In this document: positions 38,324 through 48,943 of the stretch, piece after piece
How the letters are laid out: each line of letters opens with the position of its first letter
Numbering within the stretch: position 1 is the first letter of the stretch
DNA from: Lachnospiraceae bacterium
GTDB lineage: Bacteria > Bacillota > Clostridia > Lachnospirales > Lachnospiraceae
Length of the DNA stretch: 64,000 nucleotides
Assembly (NCBI GenBank): GCA_051879895.1
Contig: JBJEMX010000006.1
Coordinates: forward strand, 5,465-69,464
Direction: 5' to 3'
Notes under the pieces: model-generated
Databases searched by the model: none
What the model saw: the letters and a program-made list of their open reading frames with translations, nothing else
What the model was told of the DNA's origin: nothing
Made by a program: the position numbers and the translations under genes

Positions 38324-39334
38324 TTAATCTTCTAATGTAATTTTTTCTTTTATTTTATCATTAATCTTCTGCTCTTTAAATGTGACACATTGCAGAACAG
38401 AATTTTTGATTTCTACTGCATTGGAGCTTCCGTGGCTCTTTACAACCAGTCCGTTTAAGCCAAGCATGGGAGCACCGCCGTACTGCTCTAAATCAAATGC
38501 TTTCAAAGTCTTTTTCAAGGCAGGCTTTACTAAAAATGCACCGATTTTGCTGCGAAGTGAGGTCATCATACCTTTCTTTACTTTTTTAATCAGGGTGGCA
38601 CCTACACCTTCATAAAGCTTTAATACAACATTTCCCACAAAGGCTTCACATACGATAACATCTGCCACACCGGAAGGAATATCCCTTGCTTCCACGCTGC
38701 CGATAAAGTTGATTTCAGGACAGTTCTTTAACAGGGGGAACGTCTCTTTTACAAGAGCATTTCCCTTTTCCTCTTCTGCCCCATTGTTTACAATACCTAC
38801 TTTTGGGTTTTTGATACCCATAACACTCTCCATATATACGGAGCCCATTTTTGCAAACTGCACCAGATGAGAGGGTCTTGCATCCACATTGGCACCACAG
38901 TCTACCAAAAGAGATACTCCGTTTTCCGTAGGAATTAAAGGTGCTAAAGGCGGTCTTTCCACGCCCTTGAGACGTCCTACGATTACCTGTCCGCCTACTA
39001 AAACCGCTCCCGTAGAACCGGCTGACACAAATGCATCACAGGTCCCTTCCTTTACCATATACATCGCTTTTACAATGGAAGAATCCTTTTTACGGCGAAT
39101 AGCCATAACGGGCGGTTCTGCCGTTTCAATTACTTCTTCAGCGTGTACAACTTCTACCCGGGCAGTATCATAAGTATACTTAGTGAGTTCTTCTTCGATG
39201 ACCTCTTTACGGCCTACCAGAAAAATCTTTATACGCTCGTCTGCATTGACTGCATCTATGGCACCTTTGATAATCTCAACAGGTGCATTGTCACCGCCCA
39301 TGGCATCTACTGCTACGTTTACCATATCTGCCAT
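38324..39334 (-). CDS. plsX: phosphate acyltransferase PlsX
   Basis: VDAMGGDNAP, SAGSTGA, DCGANVD, KSHGSS; start may extend to 39379. Confidence 0.96.
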   Translation of the reverse strand: MADMVNVAVDAMGGDNAPVEIIKGAIDAVNADERIKIFLVGRKEVIEEELTKYTYDTARVEVVHAEEVIETAEPPVMAIRRKKDSSIVKAMYMVKEGTCDAFVSAGSTGAVLVGGQVIVGRLKGVERPPLAPLIPTENGVSLLVDCGANVDARPSHLVQFAKMGSVYMESVMGIKNPKVGIVNNGAEEEKGNALVKETFPLLKNCPEINFIGSVEARDIPSGVADVIVCEAFVGNVVLKLYEGVGATLIKKVKKGMMTSLRSKIGAFLVKPALKKTLKAFDLEQYGGAPMLGLNGLVVKSHGSSNAVEIKNSVLQCVTFKEQKINDKIKEKITLED

Positions 39335-39444
39335 TTTTTCTTCCTCTTTCACAGCTTCTCCGGCTGTCTTTTTCATCATTCCTGCTTAAGAACAAATAGC
39401 CTTAAACCAGTTCCATTTTACTATACTAAACGAATATATAAAAA

Positions 39445-40173
39445 TCAAGTCAAAACATAAAAATAAGCAATCAGATAAAGTACAAGTAAGTGTGCGGGAT
39501 AAAATATGTAAAAGAAATACTTCATTTTCCACCCACGTCTGCCATTATAAAGGGCCGCCGGAACAAATGCAAGGGATGCCGGCAGCTCCCACAAAAAAGC
39601 CACAGCACCTGCTATAATCTGCAGCCTTCTGTTTTTCCTGCAAAAATACAATACCATGATACAGGCTACCCCGATTCCCGCATAATCCGTTTTCAGCAGC
39701 TCAGCCAGCAGGATACCCGCTACCGGTATTATAATACACAAGGTAATTTTTACCGCCTTATTCAGTTGTTTCTTTGCCTCAATTGTCTGATGCCCCCACA
39801 TTGTTATAAGCCCGATAAACAAGGTGAAAAACACATTTTGATATCCCGTATAAAACAACCTGCCCGTAAATGCCAGATTAAAGGGCAGTTCAGAAACAAA
39901 GGCAAATATCAGTAACCGCAGTGCATATTTCTTTATATTATGCGTATGCATAAAGCCCTCTACCAATAAAAAACAGAACAGTGGAAAACCGATTCTGCCA
40001 ATACTGCGTAATACTGCATCCAGCATCTTCATCTGCTCATAAGTCAGATTCCCTGTATTTCCGGTTACATATAACATGCGTTCAACAATTACAGCTCCAA
40101 TATGATCGATAAACATGGTAACAATCGCAATCAGCTTTAATGTACTTCCGCTTAATCCCTTCTTCTCATTCAT
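39445..40173 (-). CDS. TraX-family membrane acyltransferase-like protein
   Basis: LKLIAIVTMFIDH, IGRIGFP, EGF.HT, QNVFFTL, YNGRRG, FFYIFYPAHL. Confidence 0.85.
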   Translation of the reverse strand: MNEKKGLSGSTLKLIAIVTMFIDHIGAVIVERMLYVTGNTGNLTYEQMKMLDAVLRSIGRIGFPLFCFLLVEGFMHTHNIKKYALRLLIFAFVSELPFNLAFTGRLFYTGYQNVFFTLFIGLITMWGHQTIEAKKQLNKAVKITLCIIIPVAGILLAELLKTDYAGIGVACIMVLYFCRKNRRLQIIAGAVAFLWELPASLAFVPAALYNGRRGWKMKYFFYIFYPAHLLVLYLIAYFYVLT

Positions 40174-40222
40174 AGTTTACCTCTTTATTTTAGAATTTTC
40201 GTTAAGATATTTCCCATAGTCT

Positions 40223-40248
40223 AAAAAAGGCTTCCCTAATGGGAAGCC
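40223..40248 (-). terminator. terminator after rpmF
   Basis: GGCTTCCC-4 nt-GGGAAGCC followed by T6 on the minus strand. Confidence 0.75.
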
Positions 40249-40261
40249 CTTCTTGCTTTTC

Positions 40262-40441
40262 TTAGTCCTGTGCAATGATTTCTTTTTTATTGTAAGAACC
40301 ACAAGCCTTGCATACTCTGTGAGGCATCATTAATTCACCGCACTTGCTACATTTTACCAATGTAGGAGCACTCATTTTCCAGTTTGCTCTTCTCTTATCT
40401 CTTCTACCTTTGGAAGACTTATTCTTAGGACAAATAGACAT
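40262..40441 (-). CDS. rpmF: 50S ribosomal protein L32 (zinc-binding type)
   Basis: MSICPKNKSSKGRRDKRR...CSKC...HRVCKACGSY; start reassigned to 40441. Confidence 0.96.
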   Translation of the reverse strand: MSICPKNKSSKGRRDKRRANWKMSAPTLVKCSKCGELMMPHRVCKACGSYNKKEIIAQD

Positions 40442-40445
40442 ATCG

Positions 40446-40973
40446 TTACACCTCCTTATTTGCGTTAAAGATATCTTGTAATACCGCCATGCGGGGGTCA
40501 GGTACGAATGTATCGCAACCACACTCCCCTTCATTCAGGTCTTTGCCACACTTCTTACAAATTCCCTTGCAATCCGGCTTACAAAGTACCTTCTCAGGCT
40601 GGTTCATTAACAGCTCGTTGTATACCAGTACTTCTATGTTCATCTGATAGCCATCCATCAGTCCGGAATCGCTCTCATCTGCAATCTCACTGCCATTTAC
40701 ATCCGGTGAAAACACATCCCTTACAAAATCCAGCGAAATCTTCACCGGCACTTCTTTCAGACAACGGTCACAATACATAAGCTGCGTGACTTCGGCATGT
40801 CCTGCCACTTCGGCACATCCGGATTTGGTGTTACGCATTTCCAGATGTAACGGGGTCTTCTCTGTAATCACATAACGACCCATACGGCTTTCAAATGCTT
40901 CCGTTTCAATTGTAATGTCTTCTGACCTGATTTTTCCTTCAGATGTTAATACGTCAGTTAAATTCAATAACAT
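40446..40973 (-). CDS. yceD: YceD/DUF177 family protein
   Basis: CDRCL, LCKPDCKGICKKCG.DLN..C.C, DPR; upstream of rpmF. Confidence 0.92.
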   Translation of the reverse strand: MLLNLTDVLTSEGKIRSEDITIETEAFESRMGRYVITEKTPLHLEMRNTKSGCAEVAGHAEVTQLMYCDRCLKEVPVKISLDFVRDVFSPDVNGSEIADESDSGLMDGYQMNIEVLVYNELLMNQPEKVLCKPDCKGICKKCGKDLNEGECGCDTFVPDPRMAVLQDIFNANKEV

Positions 40974-41152
40974 ATCTGCTCCTGGCGAAAGCACACAAAT
41001 ACATACTTTCGTTTTTCACACACTGATTTATTATACATACGACCGACAACTTTGTCAACTACCTATTTCTATTTTTTCACTATCAAGTTTTTTTGCAATT
41101 TTCCGATATATAAGATATACTGTTGTATTATACATAAAGGAGGAATTGTAAA

Positions 41153-41386
41153 ATGGAAAAATTAACACCTTATTTTCCCTTAAACTCTATGGTTAAAAAG
41201 GGCGATGTTGTAAGTCTGGTTATTGCAATCGTAATATACGTTGTAGTTGCCGCTGTTCTGGGTATTCTTCTGGGATTCGTTGGAATTATTCCCATCGTAG
41301 GTATCATTACAGGTATCATCAGCACTTTAGTCTGGATTTACGAGGTTGTTGGTATTGTGCTTGCTATTTTGACTTTTATAAAATAG
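41153..41386 (+). CDS. small hydrophobic membrane protein
   Basis: Strong AAAGGAGG RBS, mostly hydrophobic helices, terminator downstream. Confidence 0.75.
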   Translation: MEKLTPYFPLNSMVKKGDVVSLVIAIVIYVVVAAVLGILLGFVGIIPIVGIITGIISTLVWIYEVVGIVLAILTFIK

Positions 41387-41424
41387 TAAGGTTAATGCAC
41401 TATCAGAAAATTGTCTTTATGCAA

Positions 41425-41458
41425 ATAAAAGACCTGCCTTCAGAAGCAGGTCTTTTAT
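41425..41458. terminator. bidirectional terminator between the small membrane gene and ackA
   Basis: ATAAAAGACCTGC...GCAGGTCTTTTAT. Confidence 0.8.
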
Positions 41459-41518
41459 ATTTGTTAAAACTTTTTGCAAAGTCTTTTCATACTACAGTAA
41501 AAGTCTTATTCCACTGTC

Positions 41519-42718
41519 TTAACGAACCAATGCATAAGTCTCCCTTGCAATGGCTAATTCTTCGTTAGTGGGAATTACCATAACCGTTGTCCTGCTGTCC
41601 GGTGTGGTAATGGCAATATCCAGACCTCTCTTATTATTTGCTTCTTCATCCAGTGTAATGCCAAGATATCCCAGATAGTTGTCACAGATAAGACGACGGA
41701 CAAAAGAGCCGTTCTCACCTACACCCGCGGTAAAGCAGATTACGTCAACGCCGTTCATGGCCGCAGTATAGGCTCCGATATATTTTGCAACTCTGTAAGC
41801 AAAAGTTTCCATAGCCAGCACAGCCTTATCATTTCCCTTTTCATATCCGGCTTCAATATCCCTGAAATCAGATGATAAGTTGCCGGAAAGTCCCAGTACA
41901 CCGGATTTCTTGTTAAGGATATTCATAATCTCATCGATGGACTTGCCTTCTTTATGTGCAATAAATTCGATAATGGCAGGGTCAATATCACCGGAACGGG
42001 TACCCATAATCAACCCCTCTAAAGGAGTCAGCCCCATGGAGGTATCCACGCACTTTCCGTTCTTTACAGCGGATACGCTGGCACCGTTACCTAAATGACA
42101 TACAATAATCTTTAAGTCTTCATAATTTTTACCCAATACTTCTGCCGCCTTCTTACTTACATAAGCATGGCTGGTTCCGTGGAAACCATATCTTCTTACT
42201 TTGTATTTTTCATAATATTCGTAAGGCAGTCCGTACATATATGCCTTATCCGGCATAGTCTGATGGAATGCGGTATCAAATACTGCTACCATAGGTGTCC
42301 GGGGCATTAATTCCCTGCAGGCATTGATACCGATCAGGTTGGCAGGATTGTGCAGGGGTGCCAGATCGTTACACTCCGTAATGGCTGCCAGCACTTCCTC
42401 ATCAATGATGGTTGCCTGTGCAAATTTTTCACCACCGTGTACAATACGATGTCCTACCGCACCGATTTCGGAAAGACTCTTTACTACACCTGTCTTTTCA
42501 TTGGTCAACGCTTCCAGTACCAGACGGATAGCATCGGTATGATTCTCCATAGGCACTTCCCGGGATTCCTTTTCCCCGCCGTCCGGTGTATAAGAAATCA
42601 TGCTGCCATCGATGCCTATGCGTTCACAAAGTCCTTTCGCAATCAGCTTTTCGTTTTCTGCATTGATTAACTGGAATTTTAAAGAAGAACTGCCGCAATT
42701 GATTACTAAAATATTCAT
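41519..42718 (-). CDS. ackA: acetate kinase
   Basis: INCGSSSLK, GHRIVHGG, FDTAFH, YGFHGTSH, HLGNGAS, PTNEE. Confidence 0.98.
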   Translation of the reverse strand: MNILVINCGSSSLKFQLINAENEKLIAKGLCERIGIDGSMISYTPDGGEKESREVPMENHTDAIRLVLEALTNEKTGVVKSLSEIGAVGHRIVHGGEKFAQATIIDEEVLAAITECNDLAPLHNPANLIGINACRELMPRTPMVAVFDTAFHQTMPDKAYMYGLPYEYYEKYKVRRYGFHGTSHAYVSKKAAEVLGKNYEDLKIIVCHLGNGASVSAVKNGKCVDTSMGLTPLEGLIMGTRSGDIDPAIIEFIAHKEGKSIDEIMNILNKKSGVLGLSGNLSSDFRDIEAGYEKGNDKAVLAMETFAYRVAKYIGAYTAAMNGVDVICFTAGVGENGSFVRRLICDNYLGYLGITLDEEANNKRGLDIAITTPDSRTTVMVIPTNEELAIARETYALVR

Positions 42719-42737
42719 ATTAACTCTCCCTTACGAT

Positions 42738-43739
42738 TTATACTAACTGTGCCTGTACTGCTGTCAGTGCTACCACACCTACGATATCTTCCCATGAACA
42801 GCCTCTGGATAAGTCATTTACAGGTTTTGCGATACCCTGCAGCATGGGACCGTATGCTTCCGCACCACCCAGTCGCTGTACCAGCTTGTAACCAATATTA
42901 CCTGCGTCAAGATTCGGGAAAATCAGGATGTTCGCTCTGCCGCCTACGGGACTTCCGGGTGCCTTGGATTTTGCCACGGAAGGGACTAAGGCAGCATCGG
43001 TCTGCAGTTCACCATCCAATACCAGATGAGGATACTGCTCATGAGCAATACGGGTTGCTTCTACTACCTTATCTACTAAGGGGTGTTTTGCACTTCCCTT
43101 GGTAGAATGGGAAAGCATGGCGATAACAGGCTTAGGGCCTACCAGTGACTTAAAGCTTCTGGAGGTGGTATCTGCAATAGCTGCCAGCTCTTCGGGCGTC
43201 GGATCCTGATTCAGTCCACAATCGGCAAACAGAAAAGTACCGTTTTCACCTTGATCCTTCATAACAGTGTCCATGATAAAGAATGCGGAAACCAGTTTGA
43301 CACCGGGAGCCGTTTTTAAAATCTGTAGTGCAGGACGCAGTGTATCTGCCGTGGAATGACACGCACCGGCTACCATTCCGTCCGCATCATTGTTCTTTAC
43401 CATCACAATACCAAAAGTCAGATAATCGGTAGTCAGAATTTCTCTTGCCTTCTCAAGGGTCATGCCTTTTGCTTTTCTGGTTTCATATAAAAGATTTACA
43501 TACTCATCCAGCTTATCCGTAGTCTTGGGATTGATAACGGTGATACCCTCCAAATCAACTTCCAGCCAGCCGGCACCGTCCATTATCTTTTCTTCATCAC
43601 CAATCATAATAATATTGGCAATTCCCTCTTCCATAATCTTTGCTGCCGCAATCAATGTTCTCTTATCATTGGACTCCGGCAGTACGATTGTCTTTTTGTC
43701 AACCTTGGCTCTTTCTTTAATCAGGTCAATATAGGACAT
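42738..43739 (-). CDS. pta: phosphate acetyltransferase
   Basis: IVLPE, FADCG, DGELQ.DAAL, FPNLDAGNIGYK, VNDLSRG. Confidence 0.97.
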   Translation of the reverse strand: MSYIDLIKERAKVDKKTIVLPESNDKRTLIAAAKIMEEGIANIIMIGDEEKIMDGAGWLEVDLEGITVINPKTTDKLDEYVNLLYETRKAKGMTLEKAREILTTDYLTFGIVMVKNNDADGMVAGACHSTADTLRPALQILKTAPGVKLVSAFFIMDTVMKDQGENGTFLFADCGLNQDPTPEELAAIADTTSRSFKSLVGPKPVIAMLSHSTKGSAKHPLVDKVVEATRIAHEQYPHLVLDGELQTDAALVPSVAKSKAPGSPVGGRANILIFPNLDAGNIGYKLVQRLGGAEAYGPMLQGIAKPVNDLSRGCSWEDIVGVVALTAVQAQLV

Positions 43740-43957
43740 CTCTCTTCTCCTTTCAGAATTTTGCTATACATAATTTTCCTTTTTATAATTTACTGAATAA
43801 TTTGTCCATGTCTTTGCTATGTATATCTGTATAACAAAATTTACTGGGCAAATCCGATTATTTATATTATACTAGATATATAAATTGTATACAAGGTAAA
43901 ATATGCGAAAAATTGTACAATTTCAGATACAAAACATTTCTTTTTAAGCCGTGAAAA

Positions 43958-44011
43958 ACGTGATTTTTTTCACAATGTAAACGCTTTCACAGAATGTTAT
44001 TTTTTTCACAT
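43958..44011. promoter_or_regulatory. cre (CcpA)-like site flanked by two Rex-like boxes in the pta/tmcAL divergent promoter region
   Basis: TGTAAACGCTTTCA (43976-43989); ACGTGAT-N4-TTCACAA (43958-43975); ATGTTAT-N4-TTCACAT (43994-44011). Confidence 0.55.
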
Positions 44012-44074
44012 TAAAAATGTGAGTTCTCAAACGATATTGCGTTGTTTTATTATGTTTTAAAAAAGGAGATTTTT

Positions 44075-45349
44075 ATGAAAACTGTAGGAATTATTGCAGA
44101 ATACAATCCTTTTCACAACGGACATCTTTATCAATTACAAAAGGCAAAAGAACTTACCGGTGCTGATTATGCCGTAATTGTTATGAGTGGTAATTTTGTA
44201 CAGAGAGGCACCCCTGCCCTGATTGATAAGTATGCCCGTACACAAATGGCTTTATTAAACGGTGCCGACCTGGTACTGGAGCTGCCGGTCTGTTATGCTA
44301 CGGCCAGTGCCGAATATTTTGCAAAGGGAGCTGTTTCTATTCTGGCTGCTCTCGGTATTGATACCCTTTGCTTCGGAAGCGAATGTGGTGATGTAAATAT
44401 TTTACGTGCCACTGCAGAAATTCTTTCTAAGGAGCCACAGCCTTTTAAAGCGGCTCTGGAAAAGGGTCTGCAGTCCGGATTGTCCTTTCCTGCCGCACGC
44501 AGTCATGCACTCAGTGAATACCTGACTGCCCATAAAGATTTATCATGTGCGGAAAATTTGTCCGGGATACACCCCGCAGATTGCATAAAAATATTAGAAT
44601 CTCCCAATAACATACTAGGCATAGAGTATATAAAAGCTCTTATCACCCTGCACTCTCCCATGGAGGTCTTTACAGTCTGCCGCACCGGAAGCGGTTATAC
44701 GGACCGGGCTTTACCGGAACATGCCTTTGGCTCTGCCATGGCCATCCGGCAGAGTATATTCGATGGTGCCTCTTTAGACAGCTTGTCTTCCTATATGCCT
44801 GCAGACTCCCTTCCCATTTTAAAAGAGGAACTCTCCTGCGGCTTTCCGGTTTATGAAACGGATTTTTCAAGTATGCTGCTTTATAAGCTTCTGAGCCTGA
44901 AAAAAGAGGACTATGCCGCTTATCTGGATGTATCCTCTGCTCTGTCTGATAAAATACACGGTTTACTGGAAGAGTATGTCTCATGGCCCCAGTTCTGCTC
45001 ATTACTGAAATCAAAAGACCTGACCCATACCCGGATTGCCCGTTCACTCCTGCACATTCTTCTGGATATAAGGAAGGATACCCTTGCAGAATACAATGCT
45101 GCAGGCTTTTCCCAATATGCCCGCATATTGGGCTTTAAAAAGAATTCCCAGCCACTTTTCGGTGCTTTAAAAGCCGGCTCCCTTCCTTTCATTTCCAAGC
45201 TTGCAGACGCTGAAAGGCTGCTTTCCGATACCGGAAAAAAGCAGCTTTCACAGGATATTTTTGCTGCACACCTATATGATAGTGTCGCTGCACAAAAAAC
45301 CGGCCGCGCTCTTCAAAATGAGTACCGCCGGCAAATTGTAATTGTATAA
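44075..45349 (+). CDS. tmcAL: tRNA(Met) cytidine acetate ligase (YlbM/TmcAL)
   Basis: GIIAEYNPFHNGH, MSGNFVQRG, FGSE, PNNILGIEY, TRIARSL; start MKTVG after AAGGAG. Confidence 0.88.
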   Translation: MKTVGIIAEYNPFHNGHLYQLQKAKELTGADYAVIVMSGNFVQRGTPALIDKYARTQMALLNGADLVLELPVCYATASAEYFAKGAVSILAALGIDTLCFGSECGDVNILRATAEILSKEPQPFKAALEKGLQSGLSFPAARSHALSEYLTAHKDLSCAENLSGIHPADCIKILESPNNILGIEYIKALITLHSPMEVFTVCRTGSGYTDRALPEHAFGSAMAIRQSIFDGASLDSLSSYMPADSLPILKEELSCGFPVYETDFSSMLLYKLLSLKKEDYAAYLDVSSALSDKIHGLLEEYVSWPQFCSLLKSKDLTHTRIARSLLHILLDIRKDTLAEYNAAGFSQYARILGFKKNSQPLFGALKAGSLPFISKLADAERLLSDTGKKQLSQDIFAAHLYDSVAAQKTGRALQNEYRRQIVIV

Positions 45350-45361
45350 AATATTTTATTC

Positions 45362-46024
45362 TTACAGAAGTCTCTCAACATTATTTTTATCCACTACCAG
45401 CCACAGAGACATTCCTTCTCTCAGTTTCATATCCGGGTCAATGTTCATCATTACATCGCTGTTCCTGCTTTCTTTCAGGGCTATTACATTGACCTGGTAT
45501 TTATTTCGCAATTTTAGCTCTCGCAGTGTTTTTCCTACCCATTCCGGCTTGATTTCCACCTCTACCATTCTTACCCGTTGGGAAATCTCTATAAATTCCA
45601 AAAAATTTCCTGCCAGAATATTGTGTGCTACCCGGATGCCGGATTCTCTCTCCGGAATAATAACACGGTCTGCACCTGTCTTTCTCAGGATTTTTGCGTG
45701 TAGCTCTTCCTTGGCTTTGGCAATGACCAGCTTTACCCCTGCTTCCTTCGCCAGAATGGTTGCCATAATGCTGGCGTCCAGACTGCCTGTAATCGCTACA
45801 ATAACCGCATCCATATTGGATATACCCAAAGACTGCATTGCCTTGCTGTCACAAACGTCTGCTCTGACCGCATAGGTTACATACTCTGCAATATCCGCTA
45901 CTTTTTCTTCATCAATATCAATTGCCAGCACATTTGCTCCTGCCGCAGCTAACTCCATTGCTACATGACTACCGAATTTACCCAGTCCGATTACTGCAAA
46001 CGACTGCTTTTCAGGCTTTTTCAT
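45362..46024 (-). CDS. ktrA: TrkA/KtrA potassium uptake regulatory subunit
   Basis: VIGLGKFG RCK_N domain plus RCK_C. Confidence 0.9.
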   Translation of the reverse strand: MKKPEKQSFAVIGLGKFGSHVAMELAAAGANVLAIDIDEEKVADIAEYVTYAVRADVCDSKAMQSLGISNMDAVIVAITGSLDASIMATILAKEAGVKLVIAKAKEELHAKILRKTGADRVIIPERESGIRVAHNILAGNFLEFIEISQRVRMVEVEIKPEWVGKTLRELKLRNKYQVNVIALKESRNSDVMMNIDPDMKLREGMSLWLVVDKNNVERLL

Positions 46025-46102
46025 TTTCCCTTTCCACTCCTTTTACTTCTCTCGTTCTACAAGGTCTAAACCACTATTTCTTTATACTTCCGGCTGACTA
46101 TT

Positions 46103-47491
46103 TTATCCTACCGGAACTTCTTCTGTGGGAAAACTGCATCTTCCTCTCTGGTCTCTTTTCTTTCCCAAGGCAATTGCCAGAGAAATCGGTCCGATTCTGC
46201 CCAGATACATGCACAGTATAATAATCAGCTTGCCTGCATTTCCCAATCCGGGGGTAATATTTCTGGAAAGTCCCACAGTTGCCGTTGCACTAATCACCTC
46301 ATATGTCAAATCAACAAAACTGCCCTCTTCAAAAATCAGCATGGCAAACAATGCCATTCCCACTGCTGCTATACTGATGGTTGCTACTCCCAATGCCTTC
46401 CGGACTGTCTCTGCAGAAATCGTTCTGCCAAACACAGTCGTTTCCTGCCGTCCGCGTATCAGTGATACGACAGAAAGCACCAGCACTGCCGCTGTAGTAG
46501 TCTTAATACCACCCGCGGTTCCGATAGGTGAGCCGCCCACAAACATAAACAACATGGATATCAGAGCACCTGCATCCGTGAGGTTCTGCTGCGGTATGGT
46601 ACAAAATCCTGCCGTCCGCAAAGTAACCGACTGGAAAAAGGACATCAGAATCTGCTTCGGTAACGGTCTGCCTCCAAGCGTTCCCGGATTATCCTTTTCC
46701 AAAAGAAAAATAAATACTGCTCCTGTCAGTATCAGCCCTGCAGTAAAGCACAATACAATTTTACTATGTAAATGCAGCCTGCGTAGTCCGTTTTTTATAG
46801 ACTTTTTTTCTTTTACCATATATTTGATACTGTCAATCAGGTTCCACCAGACAGGAAATCCCAGACCTCCGGTCACAATCAGAAGCATCGTTGTTACATT
46901 CAAAAGCACATTGCTGTCATAGGCTATCAGGCTATCGGCCCCCAGTAAGTCCAGTCCTGCATTACAAAAGGCTGACACTGAATGGAACAATGCATACCAA
47001 ATCCCCTTCGGACCATACTCCGGTACAAAAACCACGGCACTGAAAACCACTCCGATACCTTCTATGATAAAAGTGCCTTTAAATACTTTTTGCAAAAAGC
47101 GAAGCAAACCGCTTAAATTGTTCAGGTTAAATGCTTCCTCCAGCAATATTCTGTTGCGGAGCGTAATTTTTTTACGCAGTATCAGCAGCGTTGCTGTTGT
47201 AAAAGATATAATTCCCAGACCGCCGCACTGTATCAGAAGCAAAATAACAACATGACCGAATAAGCTCCAGTAACCGGCTGTTTCTACTGTAACCAGACCG
47301 GTTACGCAAACAGAAGTAGTTGCCGTAAACAAGGCATCTATAAAGGGAGCCGGCTGACCGTCTGACGTAGCAAAAGGAAGACACAACAATAACGTCCCTA
47401 CCAGTATTACGCCTAAAAAGCCCAGCAATATTACCTGTGTAGGAGAAAAGCTCCATGAATGCTTTAATTTTGGAAAATTTCTTTTTATCAC
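46103..47491 (-). CDS. ktrB: TrkH/KtrB potassium uptake membrane subunit
   Basis: TSVCVTGL, SAFCNAG, RTAGF, GTAGGIKTTT, TVGLS, GRIGP. Confidence 0.92.
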   Translation of the reverse strand: MIKRNFPKLKHSWSFSPTQVILLGFLGVILVGTLLLCLPFATSDGQPAPFIDALFTATTSVCVTGLVTVETAGYWSLFGHVVILLLIQCGGLGIISFTTATLLILRKKITLRNRILLEEAFNLNNLSGLLRFLQKVFKGTFIIEGIGVVFSAVVFVPEYGPKGIWYALFHSVSAFCNAGLDLLGADSLIAYDSNVLLNVTTMLLIVTGGLGFPVWWNLIDSIKYMVKEKKSIKNGLRRLHLHSKIVLCFTAGLILTGAVFIFLLEKDNPGTLGGRPLPKQILMSFFQSVTLRTAGFCTIPQQNLTDAGALISMLFMFVGGSPIGTAGGIKTTTAAVLVLSVVSLIRGRQETTVFGRTISAETVRKALGVATISIAAVGMALFAMLIFEEGSFVDLTYEVISATATVGLSRNITPGLGNAGKLIIILCMYLGRIGPISLAIALGKKRDQRGRCSFPTEEVPVG

Positions 47492-47513
47492 TTTTAAACA
47501 CCTATATCCTGCA

Positions 47514-48878
47514 TCAGTTTTTAAAGCTGTGAATCGGTGCCGGAATTCTGCCTTTGCGGTTTACAAAGGCATCGCAGGCAAATCCGTTGACAGGCATAAT
47601 GGGTGCATACCCCAAAAGTCCGCCAAATTCTACGGTTTCACCCACTCCTTTTCCGATTACAGGAATAATTCTGACTGCGGTAGTTTTCTGATTTACCATA
47701 CCGATTGCCATTTCATCCGCAATAATACCGGAAATAGTAGTTGCTTTGGTATCGCCGGGAATGGCAATCATATCCAGACCCACGGAACATACGCAGGTCA
47801 TCGCTTCTAGTTTTTCTAAAGTAAGTGCACCTGCTACTACTGCATCTATCATCCCCTGGTCTTCACTGACAGGAATAAAGGCACCGGAAAGACCGCCTAC
47901 ATAAGAGGATGCCATAACACCGCCTTTTTTCACCTGATCGTTTAATAGTGCCAGTGCTGCGGTAGTTCCCGGTGCTCCTGCATATTCCAAGCCGATTTCA
48001 CACAAAATATCCGCTACACTGTCACCGATTGCCGGGGTAGGTGCCAAAGATAAATCCACAATACCAAAGGGTACTCCCAACATCTTGGAAGCTTCCTGTG
48101 CTACCAGTTGTCCTACTCTGGTAACCTTAAAGGCTGTTTTCTTAATGGTTTCGCACAATACCTCAAAGCTCTCGCCACGTACTTTTTCCAATGCAGTCTT
48201 TACAACGCCGGGGCCGCTGACACCTACGTTAATAATCTTATCTGCTTCTGTTACCCCATGGAAAGCTCCTGCCATAAAAGGGTTGTCATCCGGGGCATTG
48301 CAGAATACTACCAGCTTTGCACAGCCTAAGGAATCGTCTTCTTTTGTATATTCTGCGGTTTCTTTAATCATTTCCCCCATCAGACGCACTGCATCCATAT
48401 TGATTCCGGTCTTGGTAGAGCCCAAATTTACGGAACTGCAGACTCTTTCTGTCCGGGACAGAGCCAGAGGAATGGAACGTATGAGCAGTTCATCCGCAGG
48501 AGTCATCCCTTTGCTTACCAGTGCGGAATAACCTCCGATAAAGTTTACTCCTACTTCATGTGCCACTTTATCGAGTGTCTGTGCAATACTTGCAAAATCC
48601 TCTACTGTTTTACATGCCGCTCCGCCGATTAAGGCAATGGGTGTAACGGAAATTCTCTTGTTTACAATGGGAATACCATATTCCCTTGAAATTTCTTCTC
48701 CGGTCTTTACCAGGTCCTTAGCGGCCTCATAAATTTTATTATAAATTTTATCATTCAGTCTGGAAAGGTCGGAATCAATACAATCCAAAAGGCTGATGCC
48801 CAGAGTAATGGTACGGACATCCAAATTTTCCTTTTCAATCATGTTATTGGTTTCAACCACTTCATATATGTTGATCAT
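47514..48878 (-). CDS. UPF0210/DUF711 (PFL-like) protein
   Basis: [39 protein letters not shown]; paired with an ACT-domain gene. Confidence 0.92.
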   Translation of the reverse strand: MINIYEVVETNNMIEKENLDVRTITLGISLLDCIDSDLSRLNDKIYNKIYEAAKDLVKTGEEISREYGIPIVNKRISVTPIALIGGAACKTVEDFASIAQTLDKVAHEVGVNFIGGYSALVSKGMTPADELLIRSIPLALSRTERVCSSVNLGSTKTGINMDAVRLMGEMIKETAEYTKEDDSLGCAKLVVFCNAPDDNPFMAGAFHGVTEADKIINVGVSGPGVVKTALEKVRGESFEVLCETIKKTAFKVTRVGQLVAQEASKMLGVPFGIVDLSLAPTPAIGDSVADILCEIGLEYAGAPGTTAALALLNDQVKKGGVMASSYVGGLSGAFIPVSEDQGMIDAVVAGALTLEKLEAMTCVCSVGLDMIAIPGDTKATTISGIIADEMAIGMVNQKTTAVRIIPVIGKGVGETVEFGGLLGYAPIMPVNGFACDAFVNRKGRIPAPIHSFKN

Positions 48879-48943
48879 AGTAGTTCTCCTTTACTTAAAT
48901 TATAGCCGTGTGCGCAGACTACGCTTCGCACCTAAGCATCCGG

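Noticed and set aside
40442-40534. ORF-track N-terminal extensions (rpmF; likewise ylqF, vanG, ftsY, tcdA, Sir2-like, zf-HC2)
   Set aside because: They overlap neighbours or terminators; better-supported starts lie downstream.
46125-46922. 265-aa plus-strand ORF
   Set aside because: Antisense in-register shadow of ktrB with no recognisable motifs.
47492-47513. c-di-AMP (ydaO) riboswitch before ktrB
   Set aside because: Only a 22-bp spacer; no room.
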